A DNA stretch of 64,000 nucleotides, from NCBI RefSeq assembly GCF_963921235.1, contig NC_086097.1:235726001-235790000 (forward strand), given 5' to 3'. The DNA is from Mobula hypostoma (lineage: Eukaryota). The notes beneath the pieces are model-generated. The model made no database searches. It was not told the origin of the DNA and saw only the letters and a list, made by a program, of their open reading frames with translations. Within the stretch, counting starts at the first letter, position 1. The number at the start of each line of letters is the position of its first letter. Below, in pieces: positions 63,685 to 64,000 of this stretch. A program made the position numbers and the translations under genes.

Positions 63685-64000
63685 CATAGAAAACATAGAA
63701 AATAGGTGCAGGAGTAGGCCATTCAGCCCTTCGAGCCTGCACCACCATTTATTATGATCATGGCTGATCATCCAACTCAGAACCCTGCACCAGCCTTCCC
63801 TCCATACCCTCTGATCCCCCTAGCCATAAGGGCCATATCCAACTCCCTCTTAAATATAGCCAATGAACTGGCCTCAACTGTTTCCTGTGGCAGAGAATTC
63901 CACAGATTCACCACTCTCTGTGTGAAGACATTTTTCCTAATCTCAGTCCTAAAAGGCTTCGCCTTTATCCTCAAACCGTGACCCCTCGTTCTGGACTTCC
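63685..64000 (-). mobile_element. CR1 3' end running off the window
   Basis: FRTEIRKNVFTQRVVNLWNSLPQ; tail aaacatagaaaacatagaa. Confidence 0.85.

Overview
Eukaryotic, repeat-saturated vertebrate DNA. The mix of CR1 LINEs, HE1-like V-SINEs, Rex1/Babar, RTE, L1, Penelope-like elements (PLEs) and Tc1/mariner suggests a cartilaginous fish, probably a ray (inference). No host gene could be identified; there are only two weak minus-strand exon candidates. Most ORF-track entries are TE remnants or chance ORFs. The one long coherent ORF (54835-56196, minus) is the RT plus GIY-YIG region of a young, internally deleted Neptune-type PLE with a perfect 14-bp TSD. Notable structure: (1) about a dozen PLE 3' ends carrying minimal hammerhead-ribozyme motifs, several as tiny or fold-back insertions with 13-16 bp TSDs; (2) a rearranged Sleeping Beauty-type Tc1, a candidate horizontal transfer; (3) a palindromic mariner MITE with four TIR copies; (4) three solo LTRs; (5) a local inverted duplication and an old dispersed duplication; (6) a Helitron helicase relic. 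Family assignments come from motif recall, not database searches. Boundaries without TSDs are approximate.
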